A stretch of 64,000 nucleotides of DNA from Caecitellus pseudoparvulus (GCA_965644315.1 CBFFRQ010000149.1:48941-112940), one strand, 5' to 3'; numbered from the stretch's first letter, positions 21,306 to 32,900 are shown. Notes: generated by a model not told the origin, from the letters alone. Numbers and translations are program-made.

Positions 21306-22781
21306 ATGGCGGCTGAGGCAGGTGCGGCCGGGTATGCGGCTCGCTGGCGTGCTGCGTGTGAGGGTGATGATGCTGAAGCACTGATGCACATGCTGTGTGG
21401 CGACGGAGTAAGCTGCGGGAGTGCTGTGGAGGTGCTGTCAGGTGCAGAGACGACTGCTGGCTTTGTGGTGGCGTGTCGTGTTGGGCACGAGGCGCTCGTG
21501 CGTGAGCTGCTCGCGCTGGGCGGCAGTCAGGCAGTGGATGTTCATAGTCAAGGTGATTTCAACCCGGTAGCTGCTTTTGGGTGGGCGTGCGCCAATGGTC
21601 ACGTGGGTGTGGTGCGGGAGCTGCTTTCGTTGCGGGGCCCGCGCACCATCGATGTGCACGCGCCAGATGGGGATGGGCCTGAGGCTGGCTTTCGTTGGGC
21701 CTGTGCCAATGGACATGTGGAAGTTGTGCGCGAGTTGCTTGCTCTGACTGGTGACCGTGCGGTGGATGTTCATGCCAAGAGTGGGGACGTACCTGAGGCT
21801 GGGCTTGTGGTTGCTTGCCAGCAAGGCCACTTGGGTGTCGTCCGTGTGCTTCTAGCGCTGGACGGTGACCGTGCACTGAATGTGCACGCACAGTGTGAAG
21901 TTGCTCTGCGAGTGGCATGTCGCAGAGGGCGTGAGGAAGTTGTGCGAGAGCTGCTGGCGCTTGAGGGGCAGAGGAGAGTAGATGTCCACGCGCACGACGG
22001 GGCCGACGATACGCCTGCCTTTGTCTTGGCTTGTGAAAGTGGGCATACCGGTACTGTGCGCATGTTGTTATCACTGTCAGGTGATCGGGAAGTTGATGTG
22101 CACGTTGCTGTCGGCGGTTGGCCGGAGGCAGCGCTTCGGGCCGCCTGCAAACAAGGCCACTTGGAGGTTGTGCGCGAGCTACTGACCCTCTCGGGTGCAC
22201 GATCAGTGGATGTCCATGCTGCGGATGCAGGCGGCACTGAGTCTGGCTTTCGATGGGCTTGTTCGCGTGGTCACGTGGATGTGGCGCGAGAAATGCTAGC
22301 GCTGGTCGGTGACAGGGCAGTGGATGTGCATGCAGGCGGCGAGCATGCCTTCAGACTGGCCTGTGCGTGTGGCCATAGGGAAGTCGTGCGTGAGCTCTTG
22401 CAATTGGCAGGAGACCGGACAGTGGATGTTCACGCCCGAGACGCCTTAGGGCCTGAGGCTGGCTTTCGGTATGCCTGCAGCAACGGTCATGTGGACGTGG
22501 TGCGTGACCTACTGGCCCTCACTGGTCCTCGCGCCATTGACGTGCACGCCGACGATGGAAGTGGACCCGATGCTGCTTTTCGAGGAGCGTGCATGCAGCC
22601 CAATGCTGCCGTGCTGTGCGAGCTGCTGGGCCTCACTGGCCATCGGGCCATCCCTCTGCAGGCACGCGTTGATGCTGGACAGGTGGCCGTGCAGCCAGCC
22701 AAGGATGCCGTGTGGGCCGGCACCAGCACACGGCGGGGGCGGAGGGGGGTGGTGATGCTGCGGAGTGCACATCGTGGATGA
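21306..22781 (+). CDS. Ankyrin-repeat protein, array gene 2
   Basis: ATG context gcggaatctgagccaccacgccATG is shared with gene 1; about 11 repeats. Confidence 0.85.
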   Translation: MAAEAGAAGYAARWRAACEGDDAEALMHMLCGDGVSCGSAVEVLSGAETTAGFVVACRVGHEALVRELLALGGSQAVDVHSQGDFNPVAAFGWACANGHVGVVRELLSLRGPRTIDVHAPDGDGPEAGFRWACANGHVEVVRELLALTGDRAVDVHAKSGDVPEAGLVVACQQGHLGVVRVLLALDGDRALNVHAQCEVALRVACRRGREEVVRELLALEGQRRVDVHAHDGADDTPAFVLACESGHTGTVRMLLSLSGDREVDVHVAVGGWPEAALRAACKQGHLEVVRELLTLSGARSVDVHAADAGGTESGFRWACSRGHVDVAREMLALVGDRAVDVHAGGEHAFRLACACGHREVVRELLQLAGDRTVDVHARDALGPEAGFRYACSNGHVDVVRDLLALTGPRAIDVHADDGSGPDAAFRGACMQPNAAVLCELLGLTGHRAIPLQARVDAGQVAVQPAKDAVWAGTSTRRGRRGVVMLRSAHRG

Positions 22782-22946
22782 AGGGGGGTGGCTTGGCGTG
22801 GTGTGAGGGGGGCATTGACAGCGGCACAATTCAGTTGCATCTAGCATTGTGTGGTGGAAGGCATGCTGGGTGTGCAGGTTTCGGCCTTGCTGGTGCGGTT
22901 GGCGTCGCAGAGGGAGGGGTGGGTGCGGAATCTGAGCCACCACGCT

Positions 22947-24422
22947 ATGGCGGCTGAGGCAGGTGCGGCCGGGTATGCGGCTCGCTGGCGTGCTGCGTGT
23001 GAGGGTGATGATGCTGAAGCACTGGTGCATATGCTGTGTGGCGACGGAGTATGCCGCGGGAGTGCTGTGGAGGTGCTATCAAGTGCAGAGACGACTGCTG
23101 GCTTTGTGGTGGCGTGTCGTGTTGGGCACGAGGCGCTCGTGCGTGAGCTGCTCGCGCTGGGCGGCAGCCAGGCAGTGGATGTTCATAGTCAAGGTGATTT
23201 CAGCCCGGTAGCTGCTTTTGGGTGGGCGTGCGCCAATGGTCACGTGGGTGTGGTGCGGGAGCTGCTTTCGTTGCGGGGCTCGCGCACCATCGATGTGCAC
23301 GCGCCAGATGGGGATGGGCCTGAGGCTGGCTTTCGTTGGGCCTGTGCCAATGGACATGTGGAAGTTGTGCGCGAGTTGCTTGCTCTGACTGGTGACCGTG
23401 CGGTGGATGTTCATGCCAAGAGTGGGGACGTACCTGAGGCTGGGCTTGTGGTTGCTTGCCAGCAAGGCCACTTGGGTGTCGTCCGTGTGCTTCTAGCGCT
23501 GGACGGTGACCGTGCACTGAATGTGCACGCACAGTGTGAAGTTGCTCTGCGAGCGGCATGTCGCAGAGGGCGTGAGGAAGTTGTGCGAGAGCTGCTGGCG
23601 CTTGAGGGGCAGAGGAGAGTAGATGTCCACGCGCACGACGGGGCCGACGATACGCCTGCCTTTGTCTTGGCTTGTGAAAGTGGGCATACCGGTACTGTGC
23701 GCATGTTGTTATCACTGTCAGGTGATCGGGAAGTTGATGTGCACGTTGCTGTCGGCGGTTGGCCGGAGGCTGCGCTTCGGGCCGCCTGCAAACAAGGCCA
23801 CTTGGAGGTTGTGCGCGAGCTACTGACCCTCTCGGGTGCACGATCAGTGGATGTCCATGCTGCGGATGCAGGCGGCACTGAGTCTGGCTTCCGATGGGCT
23901 TGTTCGCGAGGTCATGTGGATGTGGTGCGCGAGCTCCTGGCGCTGGTCGGTGACAGGGCAGTGGATGTGCATGCAGGCGGCGAGCATGCCTTCAGACTGG
24001 CCTGCGCGTGTGGCCATAGGGAAGTCGTGCGTGAGCTCTTGCAATTGGCAGGAGACCGGACAGTGGATGTTCACGCCCGAGACGCCTTAGGGCCTGAGGC
24101 CGGCCTTCGGTATGCCTGCAGCAACGGCCATGTGGACGTAGTGCGTGACCTGCTGGCCCTCACTGGTCCTCGCGCCATTGACGTGCACGCCGACGATGGA
24201 AGTGGACCCGATGCTGCCTTCCAAGGAGCGTGCATGCAGCCCAATGCTGCCGTGCTGTGCGAGCTGCTGGGCCTCACTGGCCATCGGGCCATTCCCCTGC
24301 AGGCACGCGTTGATGCTGGACAGGTGGCCGTGCAGCCAGCCAAGGATGCCGTGTGGGCCGGCACCAGCACACGGCGGGGGCGGAGGGGGGTGGTGATGCT
24401 GCGGAGTGCACATCGTGGATGA
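22947..24422 (+). CDS. Ankyrin-repeat protein, array gene 3
   Basis: Near-identical to gene 2 with scattered substitutions. Confidence 0.85.
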   Translation: MAAEAGAAGYAARWRAACEGDDAEALVHMLCGDGVCRGSAVEVLSSAETTAGFVVACRVGHEALVRELLALGGSQAVDVHSQGDFSPVAAFGWACANGHVGVVRELLSLRGSRTIDVHAPDGDGPEAGFRWACANGHVEVVRELLALTGDRAVDVHAKSGDVPEAGLVVACQQGHLGVVRVLLALDGDRALNVHAQCEVALRAACRRGREEVVRELLALEGQRRVDVHAHDGADDTPAFVLACESGHTGTVRMLLSLSGDREVDVHVAVGGWPEAALRAACKQGHLEVVRELLTLSGARSVDVHAADAGGTESGFRWACSRGHVDVVRELLALVGDRAVDVHAGGEHAFRLACACGHREVVRELLQLAGDRTVDVHARDALGPEAGLRYACSNGHVDVVRDLLALTGPRAIDVHADDGSGPDAAFQGACMQPNAAVLCELLGLTGHRAIPLQARVDAGQVAVQPAKDAVWAGTSTRRGRRGVVMLRSAHRG

Positions 24423-24587
24423 AGGGGGGTGGCTTGGCGTGGTGTGAGGGGGGCATTGACAGCGGCACAATTCAGTTGCATCTAGCATTGTGTGGTGGAA
24501 GGCATGCTGGGTGTGCAGGTTTCGGCCTTGCTGGTGCGGTTGGCGTCGCAGAGGGAGGGGTGGGTGCGGAATCTGAGCCACCACGCC

Positions 24588-25508
24588 ATGGCGGCTGAGG
24601 CAGGTGCGGCCGGGTATGCGGCTCGCTGGCGTGCTGCGTGTGAGGGTGATGATGCTGAAGCACTGATGCACATGCTGTGTGGCGACGGAGTAAGCTGCGG
24701 GAGTGCTGTGGAGGTGCTATCAAGTGCAGAGACGACTGCTGGCTTTGTGGTGGCGTGTCGTGTTGGGCACGAGGCGCTCGTGCGTGAGCTGCTCGCGCTG
24801 GGCGGCAGCCAGGCAGTGGACGTACACGAGGGCGGCAAAGACGAAAAAGAGGCAGCCTTCCGTGGGGCTTGCCACAATGGTCACGTGGGTGTGGTGCGGG
24901 AGCTGCTTTCGTTGCGGGGCCCGCGCACCATCGACGTGCACGTTCATGATTGGCAGGGACCTGAAGTTTGCTTCCGTTACGCATGCTCACAAGGCCATGT
25001 CGACATTGTGAGTGAGCTTTTGGCTCTGACGGGTGACCGGTCAGTAGATGTGCATGCCGGGGGGGAGGCTGCGTTTCGAAGTGCTTGTGCACGTGGACAT
25101 GTTGCACTTGTGAAGGTGTTGCTGGCCCAGACGGGAGACAGGGCAGTGAACGTACACGCTGTGGACTGGGCTGGACCTGAGGCTGGCTTCAGAGGAGCCT
25201 GCCTGTGCGGCCGTGTTGCTGTGGTTCGCGAGCTACTGGCTCTGTCGGGCGATCGAGAGGTTGACGTTCATGCGAGTGGGTTCGGCGGGCCTGAAAACGG
25301 CTTCAGAGTTGCGTGTAGGAAGCAGCACCACGGCGTTTTGCGGGAATTGATGGCGTTGACAGGCCGCCGAGCTATACCCGCGCAGACTTGGCGAGCGGCA
25401 GGGGGCATTGCCGTGCAGGCAGCCAAGGACGCTGCCTGGAGCGGCACGAGCACGCGCAATGGGCGGAGGTCACTATTGCTCCTCAGATTATCGACTGCTA
25501 TTGCATGA
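24588..25508 (+). CDS. Ankyrin-repeat protein, array gene 4 (shorter)
   Basis: N-terminus nearly identical to genes 2/3, divergent downstream repeats, C-terminal AAKDAAWSGTSTRNGRRSLLLLR. Confidence 0.85.
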   Translation: MAAEAGAAGYAARWRAACEGDDAEALMHMLCGDGVSCGSAVEVLSSAETTAGFVVACRVGHEALVRELLALGGSQAVDVHEGGKDEKEAAFRGACHNGHVGVVRELLSLRGPRTIDVHVHDWQGPEVCFRYACSQGHVDIVSELLALTGDRSVDVHAGGEAAFRSACARGHVALVKVLLAQTGDRAVNVHAVDWAGPEAGFRGACLCGRVAVVRELLALSGDREVDVHASGFGGPENGFRVACRKQHHGVLRELMALTGRRAIPAQTWRAAGGIAVQAAKDAAWSGTSTRNGRRSLLLLRLSTAIA

Positions 25509-26438
25509 GGAAGCAGTTTGCACTGGTTTGCGTGCTTCTCTCGCTACAAAGTGCAGGGTGCACTGGAGATTTGTTGTTGATTTCTGCCGTCCACCTCATC
25601 GTCAACTTGCAGCGCCGTCCGTGCCAGCTTCACGAGCCATTTTCTTTTCAGTGTAGCTGACGCTGATTGGTGGTAGTTTAATTCGATTTCGGCAGTTTCA
25701 GCATCTTGCACCCCAAACCGTGGAGTATTTCCACATCGGAAGGGGGGGGTGCTCCAAGTCTGCACAGGGTCCGTATCTACCTAGGAAGCAAGACAATCAG
25801 GATAAAAGTGACATCAGGGTGATACTGCACTCGACAGTGTGCTGTCTCACCCCCTCCTCCCCCCGACAGCCCTGGGTTTGCCAGCTCCACCTCTCAGCAC
25901 CTGCCGTGTTGTTGAGACAGAGCCAGCCAATGAGGGACTGCAGTGTTGCAGCCAAGCAGGCAGGAATCGCAGGTGCTAGTGGCCAAAAATGAGTATATGA
26001 ACACTTTTAGTGATAGTTTTGTTTGTGTTCCTGGTAGCACTCATCAATAGGCCTCCAAGACGCTCCGCGACATGCAGGTGGGCGAGAACGTTTCAATTGA
26101 ACCGTATCCATCAAATGTGCATTGGCTTGGACAGAGATACCTTGCTGAGTTGCCAGAACGTGTAACTTGAAAGGAACTCAATGCCGTGATTGGAATCGGA
26201 ACTTCGACCTCGAGGGCCAAGTCTGTGAATCTTTTCGGCAGCCTGCACAAGACGTCAACTCGTCAAGCGCGAAGCCAGGGTGGTCAAAGGCTTGCTCAGT
26301 CAGACAAGGCACCGTACCGCAGAATCTCGCACATTTATGTGCGCTTTCGTGAGCTTTTCATCGCCCTCACTTGCTCTCTGGGCACACCATCGCCCAAGCA
26401 AGCGATGGTCCTTGGCATCTCAGGCGGCGGCCAGCTCA

Positions 26439-28718
26439 CTACGCACTGTGCCACCAAGACAACGCCCAAGCTCGCCTGACCATGTCCTTGAATGGGCCTT
26501 CGCTAACGTGCATCGTAGAGCTCGTGCCTGGGGCCATGAGCACAAAGTACGCACTCCCCATCCCCCGGGTCAGCTGCGAGTACACTGCCGGCCACGGAGA
26601 GAGGTTCGGTTCCTTCTCTGACTGTCCGGTGTGCACTTCTACAACAGGCGTATCAGCCTTGCAAAATATCACATTGATGAGCCCTGCCCCGTGCGGTGCC
26701 ACGATCAGTGCCGCCATGCGGAAAGCCATGGCTTGCTGTCCCAACGGCAGTGACTTATATAGCAGCACATCAGCATCGGGCAGCACATCGTGGATCCACT
26801 CCAAAACCTCACCTTCATTTCCCAGAAGCCGCTTGGCAGTGCGATGAATGACGAGCACCAAAGGACGTGGGAGGGCCGTCACTGCGGCGTCGAATGACCG
26901 CACGGCCGCAGTTCGGCTGGCATCGCGAGGAATGACACGACCGGGCACCGGGCCAGCAGGCAGCAAATCGTCGGGAAGCATAACTCTCAGCTGCTCTGGA
27001 ATGCGTAAGTAGCTGCGATTGTAGTCGTGCATGGTATGTTCCGAAATATTCCACACGTGCTGCATGCTCGGCATCGCCTCCCGCGGGGGCGGCGAACCCC
27101 TTGACAGAACCGAAGGCTGCGGAAGGGGAGACGACTTGCTCTGCACCATCCCATCAATCAAACTCTTTACAACAGTTGCATAGGGTGCGTTCGTGTTTTG
27201 TGCCTCCTTCTGCAGAGCACTAGAGAGGATATAGTCTCCCATCGTGGACAGCTCTTGCAAAGCTGGTGACGTTGTGGTGCACCCCGATCCAGAAGGTACC
27301 ACGGCCCAATCTGACGTGAAAGGGGACGTCATGATACGTAGGCGGCTTGGAGAGACGCCAAACAGATCCATAGCTTCTCGAAGCGTGCCTGAAATGGCGC
27401 TCCCTGTTGTTATGACAATTGAAGTATCCTTCAGCAACAGTGCCCTCGAGATCCAGATGCGCGGCAAGAGCTCAGACATGTAGTGGTAGTGGCCAGACTG
27501 CCACAGCATGTTCACATGCAGAACAGTCCCGTTGATGTGTGGGATTCTTTCTTGCTTGAGCCCTTTGACAGTGATGGGCTGACCCTCAGGTTTTGCCTGG
27601 GCAGGTGGCCCCAAGCCGGCGATGAAGTCCCCTTCCTTCTGGAAGTAGGACCACTCCCGACAGCCTCCCCCGCCAAGCGTGGCCGCTCTGCTGAAAGCGA
27701 AGCCTTCAGGCCACAGCAGGGGGTTACGCAAGACCACAATGCTTGCATGGGAGCGGCGCGTAAGGGGCTCGGTCAGCACCATGCGGCCTGGTAGAGATTG
27801 AGACTTGAGGTACTCTGCCCAGACCGCACGGGTTGTAGCCCAAGAGTCCCAGGGGTCCACAGGGGCCCACCAATCGTTGTGGGGGAATCGTATAGTCTCT
27901 GCAGGCATAGCTTCGCCTGAGGGTAGTGTTGTGGACGGGTGCTGCAGCAACACAACACACAACCCTCGCGCCATCTGACGATACAGCTCATGGGGTTCAC
28001 CGGAGAAGTGGCTTCCTTGCCTGATCCGAACACCGCCGTCCACAGGCTCGGTAGGGTGAGTTGTAGAGTGATCAGCAGCTGTACCTTTGCACACGGAGTG
28101 CCAGTCTAGTCTGGCCGGCGCACTGGCAGGTGTCAGGGTGGGTGTCAGTGCTTCCGCGAGCCAAGGAGGCTGCACCACAGACCATGTGCCAACCTCAGTT
28201 CGTCTCATCGAAAAATTCAGCATGGAGATGAAGTCTGCTTCTCTCCCCTCGGGAGGTGGAGTCGGCGACATCGTTGAGCCGCTGTCCAAAGCTATGCCCG
28301 GGCGTAGGTTTTCCATTGTCTCCACTTCTTGCCCAACCTCGCAGCAGCCATCCCGCCCTCTCAGTGACCCAATCGAAGCGGAGCCGCATGACTCAGTAGC
28401 ATTCGGTGGGTGTTGGCCGCCTGGTTCTGTGCAAGGCTGCGCCTCGCTCCGTGCTCGGGGCCAAACGGAGATCCTCTCCAGCGTCCCGGCCAGACCTCCA
28501 CTTGGCCCGCTTGCGTACGAAACCACAAAAGACGAGCCCAGAAGCATAACAACAATCCCAGCCGCAATGCACGCGACTCCATACCGAGGCCGCTTTCTAG
28601 CCTCCGTGCTGGTCTTCGAAGGACGTCCAACTTCCTGCAAAGGGGATTCACGTGGCCCTGCCTCGCCAACAGCCTGAGGCGATGCCACACCAGCCGCCCC
28701 GAGCGGCACACCGCTCAT
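26439..28718 (-). CDS. Type II membrane glycosyltransferase family 61 (DUF563/EOGT-like)
   Basis: N-terminal TM (YGVACIAAGIVVMLLGSSFVV), HYHYMSELLPR, and the signature LVIHR..KRLLGNE...QAMAFRMAALIVAPHGAGLINVIFC...VVEV. Confidence 0.85.
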   Translation of the reverse strand: MSGVPLGAAGVASPQAVGEAGPRESPLQEVGRPSKTSTEARKRPRYGVACIAAGIVVMLLGSSFVVSYASGPSGGLAGTLERISVWPRARSEAQPCTEPGGQHPPNATESCGSASIGSLRGRDGCCEVGQEVETMENLRPGIALDSGSTMSPTPPPEGREADFISMLNFSMRRTEVGTWSVVQPPWLAEALTPTLTPASAPARLDWHSVCKGTAADHSTTHPTEPVDGGVRIRQGSHFSGEPHELYRQMARGLCVVLLQHPSTTLPSGEAMPAETIRFPHNDWWAPVDPWDSWATTRAVWAEYLKSQSLPGRMVLTEPLTRRSHASIVVLRNPLLWPEGFAFSRAATLGGGGCREWSYFQKEGDFIAGLGPPAQAKPEGQPITVKGLKQERIPHINGTVLHVNMLWQSGHYHYMSELLPRIWISRALLLKDTSIVITTGSAISGTLREAMDLFGVSPSRLRIMTSPFTSDWAVVPSGSGCTTTSPALQELSTMGDYILSSALQKEAQNTNAPYATVVKSLIDGMVQSKSSPLPQPSVLSRGSPPPREAMPSMQHVWNISEHTMHDYNRSYLRIPEQLRVMLPDDLLPAGPVPGRVIPRDASRTAAVRSFDAAVTALPRPLVLVIHRTAKRLLGNEGEVLEWIHDVLPDADVLLYKSLPLGQQAMAFRMAALIVAPHGAGLINVIFCKADTPVVEVHTGQSEKEPNLSPWPAVYSQLTRGMGSAYFVLMAPGTSSTMHVSEGPFKDMVRRAWALSWWHSA

Positions 28719-28968
28719 GTTTAGCATACACGCTCGAAAGTTGATCCCGGCGTGCAAGCTCCAACACTAATCCATGTGTTTCTGTTTTTTGCTTGGGCTT
28801 GGTGAGCACGTTGGAGCTCAGTATCGCTGGTGATGGCCCTCGACACGCCCACATAAAGGAGCTGGCACAGACAAGCCACGCAGCATGGTGGTGCTCGGGG
28901 CTGTGAAGTGCCGTCCACTTCGACATGGACGCCACATGCACGTGGGAGGCTGTGGGTGAGTAACGGAG

Positions 28969-29553
28969 ATGGTCTTTGTTTGCTCACAGAATCCTGTGGG
29001 ACAGCCTTGCGCCAAGCTTCACGGCCGACAGTCACAGCCTGGGGAAGAGCCCGTGGAGCCCGATGCGCAACGTGCTGCCCGAGCAGAAGCTGCGCGTCAA
29101 TCGGCGCTGGTGGGGATGGGCATTTCTTCGGCAGTAAATGCTTTTGCTCGTGATGCGATTGCCCTTCTTGCACCATTCGAGAAAATGGCAGAGATGCTCG
29201 TGCTGCTCGTGGACAAAGTGGACCAGGGCCGGGCAGATCAGAGGAGAGCTGTGGAGCTCCTCAGTGTCATAGCTTCTTCACAAACTGGGCACATTCCCGC
29301 TGACACTGCAAGTGCTTCGAGGTCACCATCTTCTTCTCGTGCCCCACCGAGCTCTTCTGGTGCGATGCGGCAAGAAGGATTAGGTGGTCCCGCCCCAACT
29401 CCTTCACCCGAGGCTTCGGACCGCCCCACCATTGGCGGTCACAAGAGAACTCGCCCAAACTTCACTGACAACGTGCCAAGCACAGGAGATGCATTTCTCC
29501 AAGACGTAGCGAGATACAACAGACGCCGCCGAGGGCACTCTGACTCCCCGTGA
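28969..29553 (+). CDS. Probable C-terminal remnant of a Harbinger accessory protein, convergent with the transposase
   Basis: Coiled-coil-like FEKMAEMLVLLVDKVDQ. Same convergent position as the accessory gene at 59935-61272. No clear start. Confidence 0.4.
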   Translation: MVFVCSQNPVGQPCAKLHGRQSQPGEEPVEPDAQRAARAEAARQSALVGMGISSAVNAFARDAIALLAPFEKMAEMLVLLVDKVDQGRADQRRAVELLSVIASSQTGHIPADTASASRSPSSSRAPPSSSGAMRQEGLGGPAPTPSPEASDRPTIGGHKRTRPNFTDNVPSTGDAFLQDVARYNRRRRGHSDSP

Positions 29554-29558
29554 TTGTT

Positions 29559-31702
29559 TCACTCGTTCACGTAGCCGTAGTTGTAGGACTGACAATCCAT
29601 CATGTACGCGACAAGCTGACTCCCGTCAAAGTCCTCCTTGAAGTGCTCTGGTGGGAGCCACGTGTAGTCTTTCTTTGCCACGTCGCGGGTCTCTGCTTCA
29701 AGGAGGGATGTGAGCAAGTGCCCTCCGGTCTGCCCATCAGGGAGGGTCTCGAGGAGTTCATCTCCGTACTTGTCATAGTACCACACATCATACGCCTCTT
29801 CTGACTCCTCAAAAGTGGCGGTGTCTCGAGTGGGTTCAATAAGAGCGTAGACGATCCCACGAGGGTAGGACAGCTCAGGATCATGATTGTACTTGCCGAC
29901 TACAACTGGCTTGCCGGCAAGAGCAGCCTTGTCTGCTGCAGCACCCCACAGCTTTTCAAGATCCATGACTTCCTGTGGGCGTACCTTGTCGTCGTCAGTC
30001 TTGGCGGGGCGGCAGTATCCAGGTGGAGAGTGTGGCGATGTCATGATGCCAGGAGAGGAGGCCCCCCAGGGGATGCGACACCAGAGCGTGGCGAGACAGC
30101 TACCTGCCTGCGCTGCTTTTTCAGCCTGCCAAGTTCTGTGAGACCACCGCACAAAATGCCACTTACAAGAGGAGACAAGTTCCCTTGTTCCGACCAGGCG
30201 AGCACTTGCTGCAGCTGAGTAGCAGCCTCAATATCGCTTCGTTCCAGTGAAGGCCTCCCGGCCGTACCCAACTCGGCCCCGCGAAGCAGCCGTAAGACGT
30301 CATGAAGAAAAGATACGCTCCTTCGTTTCGCGATGCCGCTCGGAAGGCTTGCGTCAAGTTCACTGTCACGGCGATTAGAAGCAGGACAATCTCCAGCCAA
30401 GGATGCAAACAGCTCAAACAGGACGAGTGCTGGCTGACGCGAACCGCGGATGTGGAGCCACTGCTCTGACCGAGGAACCCGGTGCCCCTCTGCTTGTTGG
30501 AAAGCGAGCATCCCAGCAGTAATGTACCCCATGTCTCTGATCTCTTTTTCCTTGGTTTGCGCTTGCAATGGTCTGACACTGGACGATCGGACGAGACCAC
30601 ACACCGTCTTGAACTCCTTCACACAGTTCTCGACAACCTGGCGACCTGACACGAAGATCTTACGCTGCACAGTTTTGTGTGCCAGGGCGGAAGCCGTTGC
30701 TCTTGCCAAGTCCCGTGGAGAATGCAGAGAGCCAGGGGCTGGCGAGGAGACCCACAGAGACTGAACTCGGGCCGCCATCTTCTCCAACGCCTTGTTGCCC
30801 GGAAGGTGCCGCACAGCAGGCCTGACTCCCTGGAATACACCGTCACCGACAAAGTACTCGCCTTGCTTGATGGCGCCTGAGCGCAGCATGCGCTCGGTTG
30901 CTCGTCGCGCGGCTGCAATCTCAGACACTGTGTTGCCCTTGCCCATGGGTTCGATCCATATAACCCTCCCCGAAACACTGCAGAACAACAGAAAGTTGTA
31001 CCCGTACATCGAGTGGTGGTTGCTGTACCAGATGCGGTTCTCTTTGTCTGAAGAAGTTGCTTTCGTCTCCCATGTCAGGCCGTCTACGAACCCTACCAGC
31101 CCTGGAGCCAGTCCACCATGGAAGGAAAGCGCCTCTCTGCGGTGCTCTGGAAGCACTGCCCAGGGCAGCGCTTTGTAAAAGAAGGTCTTCAGCACTGGAA
31201 TCAACCGAGGAATGCTGTCTTGGAGAGTAGTAGCGGCAATGCTCAGCCTAGACGTGATCTCTTGGCGGTTGCGCCCGGCACACACCATCATCACCCCGAG
31301 CAAGAGGTCGGCTTCACGCCCATTCTGGATGTCCCTGAGGGCGTTCCACCTCAAGAAGCTGTCCGATATCAAGCCAGAGAGGGCTTTGGCTAAATTTCTT
31401 GCTCTCATGCGCATGAAGGTGAGGCACTCGCCCGATGTGAGGAATTCGTAGGTGGGTGTCCCCTTGCGGATTTTGGGGTGCAGCCTGGCCCCCTCCATCG
31501 AGTCGTTGCGGTCGATGTTGCGACGTTTCGTGCCCCGCAGCTTTTGTGTTTTATGGTATACCCTTTTGATCAACTTGTGACCGACATGTTGAATCACGCA
31601 ACATGCAGAATGTGGCGCAGAGGCCCGTCGCTCAACGGATGCTGCCGTTGTCGGGGTGACAGAAACGCTCGGCTGCACCAAGCGTGATTGGGTGGACTCC
31701 AT
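29559..31702 (-). CDS. PIF/Harbinger (IS5-like, DDE_Tnp_4) transposase with C-terminal extension; one homopolymer frameshift at ~30062-30067
   Basis: GFVDG...YSNHHSMYGYNFLLFCSVSG...YFVGDGVF...RQVVEN forms the D-D-E triad; HTH-like region upstream. ORFs 30041-31741 and 29559-30152 join by adding one G on the - strand. Confidence 0.85.
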
Positions 31703-32279
31703 TGCCTCGAAAATGCCACAACACCCGAATAATTGTACCAATGCTTGATTTCCAGAGTCCTAATCGCCGCTCTTGCAGTGCTGACTCTCTCAGGGTTGAT
31801 TTCCTGTCTCGACAGCGTGCGACCCCTTTCTCACTAACGCCTGGGGCAAAAAATCAAGGTTCGGCTCGTTGATCTCGCCAAAATGGCTAAAACAGTTCCT
31901 CAGGCATGGTACATTCTCTTTTTCCCGACAGTCAACTAGCGCAAACATAGAAAGATTCTAAGTCGATGTGTTGATCTCACAGGATTGACACAAGCCGTTG
32001 GTATCTCGCCTTGATCCACCAATCCGTGACGCACCTGAGCGAGGCAGGTTTTTGGATCTGCCTGCTGATTCGGGATGGATCTTTGCTGAAATTCACCAAT
32101 TTATGTGTTCAATCGAACCACGCATGTATCCAGCCATCCGATGGGTAAAGCAACTCAATCTGTCCACGCGGGAGCGCCCTGCAGCTGAGGAACCCTGCAT
32201 TTTACTTCGCCCACACCACACTCTCCACTGCAGTTGAACGTTTTCGCCGGCGCTACATGGCAGGGTGAGGTTCCTCAGT

Positions 32280-32900
32280 GCTGAAGGGCGAGAGAGGTTA
32301 AGATCTGTGCAAGGTGTGCTACACGTGTGAACTGCCTCCAGCATGTTTCAGGCCGAGCAGCAAGCAGCTTGGGATCTCCGCGGTTCAGGATGAAACGCTC
32401 GTCACCCCAGCCAGCACACACCAGCCCTGCCCTAGTGCACAAAGCTGCAACAGATTGCTCCCCAGCTGATGAGAAGTTCTTGGATTTTCCCAACTTCTCC
32501 ACCTGGGCACTGATGTGATGCACTCCCAGCAGTTCTTCGTGATGGCGTGTGCCATGCATGCCTGCCTGCCTGCCTGTCTTTCTTGACCTCCATGTTCTCA
32601 CACGGCACGATGTACCTGTACAGCATGTTGCCTTGTGTCTCAGTCGCATCCTCCTTCAGTGTGGCGTCCACGGAGCCTTGCCCATCTCGCAGCGCTGACA
32701 CGATGTCCAGCTCAGCAGGGTTGTCAGGGAAGGCCATCAGCACCCCTTCTCCATGCTGGGGCGGCAGCCTAGCCCGGCTCAGCGCTGCACGGGTGGTCAT
32801 GACATTTCCACCAGGCAGTCCCAAAGTCACAGGCTGCGCAGGGGACACCATGAGCATGCCCAGCACTGAACCCTCCGAGCCAGCCAAGGCAGCCGCGCTG
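32280..32900 (-). repeat. Decayed dispersed repeat family R, copy 1 (truncated, internally deleted)
   Basis: Homologous to 42695-43650 and 58385-59290 (QPVTLG..G..VMT.R.ALSRARLPPQHGEGVL.AFP..PAE). Confidence 0.8.

Larger units (their letters stand above)
20844..24820. repeat. Tandem segmental repeat, period 1641 bp, ~2.4 copies
   Basis: Near-identical units start at 20844, 22485 and 24126. Gene ATGs at 21306/22947/24588 and stops at 21140/22781/24422 are each 1641 apart. Confidence 0.95.

Noticed and set aside
8002-30067. Frameshifts at ~8002, ~12440, ~17098, ~17720 and ~30065 as programmed frameshifting or pseudogenisation
   Set aside because: All lie in G/C homopolymers, mostly one base short, and one hits a conserved housekeeping gene (TTC4). 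This is typical long-read consensus error.
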